Shown here piece by piece: positions 29,771 through 34,297 of a stretch of DNA of 34,297 bases (its first letter is position 1; each line of letters starts with the position of its first letter). Source of the DNA: Nitrosomonadales bacterium. Its GTDB lineage: Bacteria; Pseudomonadota; Gammaproteobacteria; Burkholderiales; Methylophilaceae. A program made the position numbers and the translations under genes. Below the pieces are notes generated by a model, which saw only the letters and a program-made list of their open reading frames with translations, was not told the origin of the DNA and searched no databases. Location of the stretch: the NCBI GenBank assembly GCA_018657165.1, contig JABHXS010000130.1, positions 1 through 34,297 of the forward strand, given 5' to 3'.

Positions 29771-29784
29771 TTGATTTAGATTAA
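29771..29784. promoter_or_regulatory. FNR box (1 mismatch) upstream of the TonB-dependent receptor
   Basis: TTGATTTAGATTAA; minus-strand TATGAT at 29748-29743 places the box exactly at -41.5. Confidence 0.72.
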
Positions 29785-29854
29785 ATAAATAGGATTTATA
29801 GTAAATAAACTTAAGGGTAATTAATAAAAATCATGAGAAAAAATTAAATATTTT

Positions 29855-31144
29855 TTAGAATTTATAGATAAGTGTTAGCCAAATTTTCTCAATATCCCTT
29901 TTTCTTGCAGTTGAGTATGTATCTCCCTCAGAAAAATTCGCATATTCTAAAGATACTTTTGTATCTTTTTTGATTGGGTAATAAATGCCAATATCAAACT
30001 CATGGCCATAGTTATCTGCTTGGGAACCACTGTCTGTAGTAAAATTTCTATCAGAATCTATTAAATGAAATTCTGACTTTATAGTAGCGCCTAGAATTTT
30101 TGCTTTAGCAATTATCATATTATCTATGATGCCTTGGTTGGGGGTTGTTAAAAAAACATCCGCCCAACCCTGAAACAAGTGATTAGTCCCAAGGTTTGTT
30201 TGGAAAGCTTTACCATTAGCATTACCAGATAGTTTCTCTTGATCAAATCTCAAAGACCATGACTCCTGACCAACTCCAAAACCAACTCGATAATAGTAAT
30301 TATCTATCAATGAAGACCCATCTTTGTAGCTACTTTGATCTGCATATTCAAGTGTATAAAGAAGATTCCATTCTTCAGAAGCAGGCCTAAGTCCATTTAA
30401 TCTTGCGCCAAATGTTTTATCAGATTTTATTTTTTGAGATTCATCATCCCAATCCACAAAGTATCCATAGCCTACCAGTGATCCTGACTTTGAAATTTTA
30501 TATTTAAGATTAGCTAATTCGATTCTTGTATTCTGATTTTTCGTAGTTACTTGCCTAATATTCTCAACGTGGCTTAAAAACAATTCAATACCATCGTAAG
30601 GATATATTTTGGTTGTGATGCCGTCCATTACTTGAATGTTTTGACGAAAACGTACATCTCCCACAAACCTCCAATTATCTAAAAATATAGCTTGCCGACC
30701 CACCTTTGCGTTATGTTTATTCTGATGGGTATAAGAAATAAAAGCTTGATTTATATTGTAGCCCTCTGGATCAACTACCACTGGGTAATTTACTTTTGAT
30801 AGATTTGAAACTCCATTTTTTTTATCATTATAGTCATCGATTAATGGGCTTACACCTATAAACTGGAGGGCAAAACTTATACCATCTATTGGCTTAGTTT
30901 CCCAACCAAGGAGCGTTTGAACTGTAAGTGCGTTAGCATTTTTAGATTTACCATCCTGGTCCACAAACTCGTATCGAGACTTTAGTGATGATAAAGATTT
31001 TCCCTGTAAAATTGCCTCTTTAAAATTAATTGGCTCACTTTCTGCTGCTTCTAAATCCAAAAAAACAATTCCAATAAGAAGAGTTAAAAGTAAATTAAAA
31101 ATAAAATTTACATATTTTTTTTTCTTGATCGCCTCAAATTTCAT
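29855..31144 (-). CDS. Alginate-export-family outer membrane beta-barrel (porin-like)
   Basis: RYEFVDQ, VGRQ.I.LDN.RFVG.V.FRQN.Q..D, FQT.LGTNH.FQGWAD.FL.TP, C-terminal KIWLTLIYKF; 11-nt overlap with nnrS. Confidence 0.85.
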   Translation of the reverse strand: MKFEAIKKKKYVNFIFNLLLTLLIGIVFLDLEAAESEPINFKEAILQGKSLSSLKSRYEFVDQDGKSKNANALTVQTLLGWETKPIDGISFALQFIGVSPLIDDYNDKKNGVSNLSKVNYPVVVDPEGYNINQAFISYTHQNKHNAKVGRQAIFLDNWRFVGDVRFRQNIQVMDGITTKIYPYDGIELFLSHVENIRQVTTKNQNTRIELANLKYKISKSGSLVGYGYFVDWDDESQKIKSDKTFGARLNGLRPASEEWNLLYTLEYADQSSYKDGSSLIDNYYYRVGFGVGQESWSLRFDQEKLSGNANGKAFQTNLGTNHLFQGWADVFLTTPNQGIIDNMIIAKAKILGATIKSEFHLIDSDRNFTTDSGSQADNYGHEFDIGIYYPIKKDTKVSLEYANFSEGDTYSTARKRDIEKIWLTLIYKF

Positions 31145-32351
31145 AACTTAATCCTTTCAAATCTGTAAAATAAATATTTAAAAATTCTTTTAACCAACCG
31201 AAAAAACAAAAAAACCAAAGTAATGCTGATATTAATAATAAGACTTGGCTGTATTGGAAGTTTATAGTGAAACCAACAATCAATCTAAGTACAGCAGCAA
31301 CTTGGATCAGTAAAAATAATTTCCATATAAATGAGTTTGCACTGACCTGCCTACCTGAATGCCCAAGTGATACTCTCGTTATCATAGCAAAAAGCATTGA
31401 TGTAAAAAAACCCATAGTGATACAGTGCAAAGGACCGCTTGATAGTAAATAATATCCATTCTGGTTAAGAACGCTTTGTATGGTAAATAAGGTAAAAGAA
31501 ATTGTGACCCAGAAATAGGCTATATGAAGCATAAATAAAATACGTTTAGAAAAGACTTCCTTATCTATCCACTTCCATGATAACCATAGAGTAATAATTG
31601 CAATATTAATATCTACAAGCCATAAATATGATATTTGGTGATTCAGTTCTAATATTCCATGAAAAAAGATCAGCACTAGGGTTGCAATTAATAATTTATT
31701 AGGTCGATAAATCTCATATTCGCTAATAACAACACTTGTAAAAAAGGGAATCAATCGGTGACATATAGATATGAATAATGGAAAAAGAAACCACCACATC
31801 CCTCCAACTTTTGCTAAATTAATTATTTGTACATTGTTATAAAAAATTCCATATGCACCAATAGAAAGAAAAATAACACCAATAACTAAAAAAAATATTG
31901 TTAACAGCGAATGAAAATTATTATTTTTATGGGCATGCCTAAAAACATTTATTAGAGTCGCAATTGAAAAGAACCACCCCAGTGCAAACAAAACCGTACC
32001 AAAAGGAAACAAATTCTTGTTATAGAATATTCCTATATTTATTAAAAAAAGCCCAATTATCAATAAAAAAACACCAGGCAAGATAGGTTTAAGCTTTATT
32101 GGCTCTGCCCCCATCCAAACAGGATAAGCGGTCATTAAAAAACCAAAAATGAATAATGGGAAAAAGGAAAATACCATTAGATAAATATGTGCCCAATGAC
32201 TTACAACTCCTGATGCTGTTACTATCGGCGAGCCCGTAAATCTTGCAAAAATATCATAACCCCACCAAAGAATTATTAAAATGCCTTGGATTGCACCAAT
32301 CCCAAACATGAGTTGATAGGGTTTTCCATTATTAATAATTTGTTTAATCAT
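31134..32351 (-). CDS. nnrS: NnrS family heme/Cu membrane protein (NO/nitrosative stress)
   Basis: HIYLMVFSFF..FIFGFLMTAYP.W, RLIPFFT, LHIAYFW, LHCITMG, MITRVSLGHSGR; about 12 TM segments. Confidence 0.9.
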   Translation of the reverse strand: MIKQIINNGKPYQLMFGIGAIQGILIILWWGYDIFARFTGSPIVTASGVVSHWAHIYLMVFSFFPLFIFGFLMTAYPVWMGAEPIKLKPILPGVFLLIIGLFLINIGIFYNKNLFPFGTVLFALGWFFSIATLINVFRHAHKNNNFHSLLTIFFLVIGVIFLSIGAYGIFYNNVQIINLAKVGGMWWFLFPLFISICHRLIPFFTSVVISEYEIYRPNKLLIATLVLIFFHGILELNHQISYLWLVDINIAIITLWLSWKWIDKEVFSKRILFMLHIAYFWVTISFTLFTIQSVLNQNGYYLLSSGPLHCITMGFFTSMLFAMITRVSLGHSGRQVSANSFIWKLFLLIQVAAVLRLIVGFTINFQYSQVLLLISALLWFFCFFGWLKEFLNIYFTDLKGLSYEI

Positions 32352-32386
32352 AATTATAAAAATTACTAAAAAATAAAAAAATCTTA

Positions 32387-32400
32387 TTGATTTGAGCTAA
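32387..32400. promoter_or_regulatory. Possible degenerate FNR-family site upstream of nnrS
   Basis: TTGATTTGAGCTAA has one perfect half-site and the other carries three mismatches; centre about 42 bp from the nnrS ATG. Confidence 0.3.
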
Positions 32401-32413
32401 CCAAGATAAATAA

Positions 32414-33628
32414 TTACTCTTTCATCAAAAGCTTAGTAAATGTTTTTTGGATAAACGTAAGTTGTCCTAATTTAATAAAAATCTTTCTTATTTTTTTTGC
32501 AGATGAATCTTCTTTAGTAAAGATAGCTATAATAAGTTTTGTAAATAAATATAGGGGTTTTGTTGCTGCTTTATGCCTCCTATTATATTTCTTTAATAGA
32601 GAAATACTGCCAATATCCTCTTTTGTTTGTGAAGCTTCATCTATAAGCCCAGTCAATGTCTTAATTCCTTTTAAAACAAAATTATATCCATGAGCCGTAA
32701 CAGGATGCATGCCAACAGCTGCATCTCCAATAAGTACGTATCTATCAGCTACAAATTTTTTTGGATATACAGAAACAAGTGGATAGGAATAACATGGGCT
32801 TGTTAATACCATGTCACCAAAAAACCTTTTAAACTTCTGAGTAATATTCTGGTTAAAGGATTCCTCATCTAGGGATAAAAGATTATTAATTTCTTGTTTT
32901 GTCATAGTAACAATGACAGAGGACTCATACTGCCTATCATCAAATTTTTTCCTCATAGGCAATAGTGCCAAGGTATATCCATAGGTAAACCACTCCCATG
33001 CCGTACGATCATGTGTTTTTGAATGTTTCATAGAACAAACTAGCATGTCTCGACCAAAATCAAACATGTCAGAAGGTATGCCAAGTAAAGTACGGATTTT
33101 TGAGAAACGGCTATCAGAGCTTATTACGAGTTTCGCATTAATAGTATTTCCGGACCTCAGCTTTACTTCAGAAAAACTATCAAAATTTTGTACATCTATT
33201 ACTTCATCACTAAAAGAAAATTCTATATCTTTGTTTTTTCTCCTCGAGTCAATTAAAGCTTCATAAGATGCCTTCCGAATAATATAATTTGATACCAAAA
33301 ACCCTATCTCACCGCCTTTATCAATAAGATCACCTATTAATATGGATTCAGTTATGTCGTCATCAAGTACTTTTGCTTTTTTAATATATGAAATAAATTT
33401 TTCTGGTATCTTCTGCCAAATACCTAGTTTTTCCATAAATATTTGTGATTGATGCGTTAAAGCAATTTCCCTTCCATCATAAGATGGACTTACAATTTCT
33501 TGCTTATTTTTTGGGTCAATAATGTTTATTATAAAACCCATTCCACTAAGTGCTTTTGCTATTGCAAGACCTGCAGGGCCTGCTCCCACAATTACAACAC
33601 ATTTTTCTTTTTGGCTTTTTATATTCAT
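32414..33628 (-). CDS. ubiM: Ubiquinone-biosynthesis flavin monooxygenase, UbiM type
   Basis: GAGPAGL, YDGREIALTH, DSRFS, AWEWF.YG.TLALLP and GDAAVGMHPVTAHG motifs. Confidence 0.85.
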   Translation of the reverse strand: MNIKSQKEKCVVIVGAGPAGLAIAKALSGMGFIINIIDPKNKQEIVSPSYDGREIALTHQSQIFMEKLGIWQKIPEKFISYIKKAKVLDDDITESILIGDLIDKGGEIGFLVSNYIIRKASYEALIDSRRKNKDIEFSFSDEVIDVQNFDSFSEVKLRSGNTINAKLVISSDSRFSKIRTLLGIPSDMFDFGRDMLVCSMKHSKTHDRTAWEWFTYGYTLALLPMRKKFDDRQYESSVIVTMTKQEINNLLSLDEESFNQNITQKFKRFFGDMVLTSPCYSYPLVSVYPKKFVADRYVLIGDAAVGMHPVTAHGYNFVLKGIKTLTGLIDEASQTKEDIGSISLLKKYNRRHKAATKPLYLFTKLIIAIFTKEDSSAKKIRKIFIKLGQLTFIQKTFTKLLMKE

Positions 33629-34005
33629 GAATCTACAAAATATAATTCAATACCATTGCCAACAGGATCTTTAAAAAAAATTTGTTTTTTTCCAATTTCA
33701 GGTACTACTCGAATATAAAAATCAATTTCATTTTTCTTTAGTACGGATGCATACCTATCAAATTCTCGTGCATGAAATGCAGCGTGATCAAAAGTAGAAT
33801 TTACATGATGTTTCTTCTTATCCCCTTCTTTAGTCTCTGCAAGATGAAGAACATCTTTATCATTTATGTACAACCAAAATCCATCGCTTTTGTATGCCGG
33901 CCTATGACCAACCTTTAATCCTACAATATTTGTATAAAAATCTTTTAATTTATACATCGTTTTTGTATCAGAACGGATATTGTAATGATAAAGACCTTCG
34001 AGCAT
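33625..34005 (-). CDS. VOC/glyoxalase-family metalloprotein
   Basis: 126 aa; HYNI, FY..IVGL..G.RP, GFWL, LHL, DHAAF and QIFF.DP.GN.IEL motifs; AAAGGTGG SD; ATGA overlap with ubiM. Confidence 0.88.
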   Translation of the reverse strand: MLEGLYHYNIRSDTKTMYKLKDFYTNIVGLKVGHRPAYKSDGFWLYINDKDVLHLAETKEGDKKKHHVNSTFDHAAFHAREFDRYASVLKKNEIDFYIRVVPEIGKKQIFFKDPVGNGIELYFVDS

Positions 34006-34103
34006 ATTGTTCCACCTTTAAAAAACTCATATTTTGTAATTAAGTATAAGGTTTTTTAAATGAGCATACTTGTCCTATATCAATTTTACTGCTTATTTTG
34101 TAA

Positions 34104-34117
34104 TTGATTTAAATCAA
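34104..34117. promoter_or_regulatory. FNR box in the VOC / glycosyltransferase divergent region
   Basis: TTGATTTAAATCAA perfect; plus-strand TATTAT at 34139-34144 (about -40.5). Confidence 0.85.
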
Positions 34118-34175
34118 AAAAAAACTTAATGAAATGATTATTATATTAAAAATATTTTAAAAGGAAATTATCAAA

Positions 34176-34297
34176 ATGAATGAAGATTTAGCAACAATAT
34201 ATGTTGGATATGATCCTCGGGAAGATGAGCCGTTTGAAGTATTGAAATACACAGCAAAAAAATATGCTTCGCAATCAATAAATGTATTTCCAATTAA
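34176..34297 (+). CDS. Partial glycosyltransferase (GT-A / GT8-like, CDI-like), runs off the right edge
   Basis: MNEDLATIYVGYDPREDEPFEVLKYTAKKYASQSINVFPI; I(Y/F)VGYDPRE...V.....AS..I...P N-terminal motif; AAGGA SD at 34161. Confidence 0.7.
   Translation, partial: MNEDLATIYVGYDPREDEPFEVLKYTAKKYASQSINVFPI

Noticed and set aside
29855-31144. Alginate biosynthesis/export system
   Set aside because: No alginate synthesis genes are present; the family label describes only the barrel fold.
1302-33718. Many short ORFs in the track (e.g. 3375-3752, 9591-9881, 22276-22671, 25975-26340, 33045-33266)
   Set aside because: They are antisense or out-of-frame shadows overlapping well-supported genes and carry no recognisable motifs.
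1-34297. CRISPR array, IS/integrase, tRNA/rRNA or prophage; recurring TTGATTTAAATCAA as a mobile repeat
   Set aside because: No spaced direct repeats or mobility/phage genes were seen; the recurring 14-mer is explained as FNR sites. Mobility of the cluster is therefore not shown by this window.

Overview
AT-rich proteobacterial chromosome segment that is almost entirely one low-oxygen/anoxia respiration cluster. Left to right: a tripartite RND efflux operon (-); ompW, ccoS and ccoI (-); the cbb3-type oxidase genes ccoNOQP, ccoG and a 59-aa mini-ccoH (+); a canonical [4Fe-4S] FNR (-) divergent from hemN and a DsbD_2/TauE-like gene (+); then a long minus-strand run of VOC protein, ubiM, nnrS, an alginate-export-family porin, a TonB-dependent receptor, narK1, narK2, narGHJI, an HPP-family transporter and a SnoaL-like protein. 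A partial glycosyltransferase starts at the right edge (+). The ORF track missed three small genes (ccoS, ccoQ, ccoH). Five perfect FNR boxes (TTGAT-N4-ATCAA) and one with a single mismatch all lie in intergenic DNA, mostly about 41 bp upstream of a predicted transcription start, so the window looks like a self-contained FNR regulon. The ompW 3' UTR folds into an anti-Shine-Dalgarno-loop hairpin plus terminator, a candidate anaerobic sRNA. I saw no nir/nor/nos, narXL, Mo-cofactor genes, tRNA/rRNA, CRISPR or mobile-element genes. Taxonomic remarks come from recalled family resemblance and were not checked by any search.
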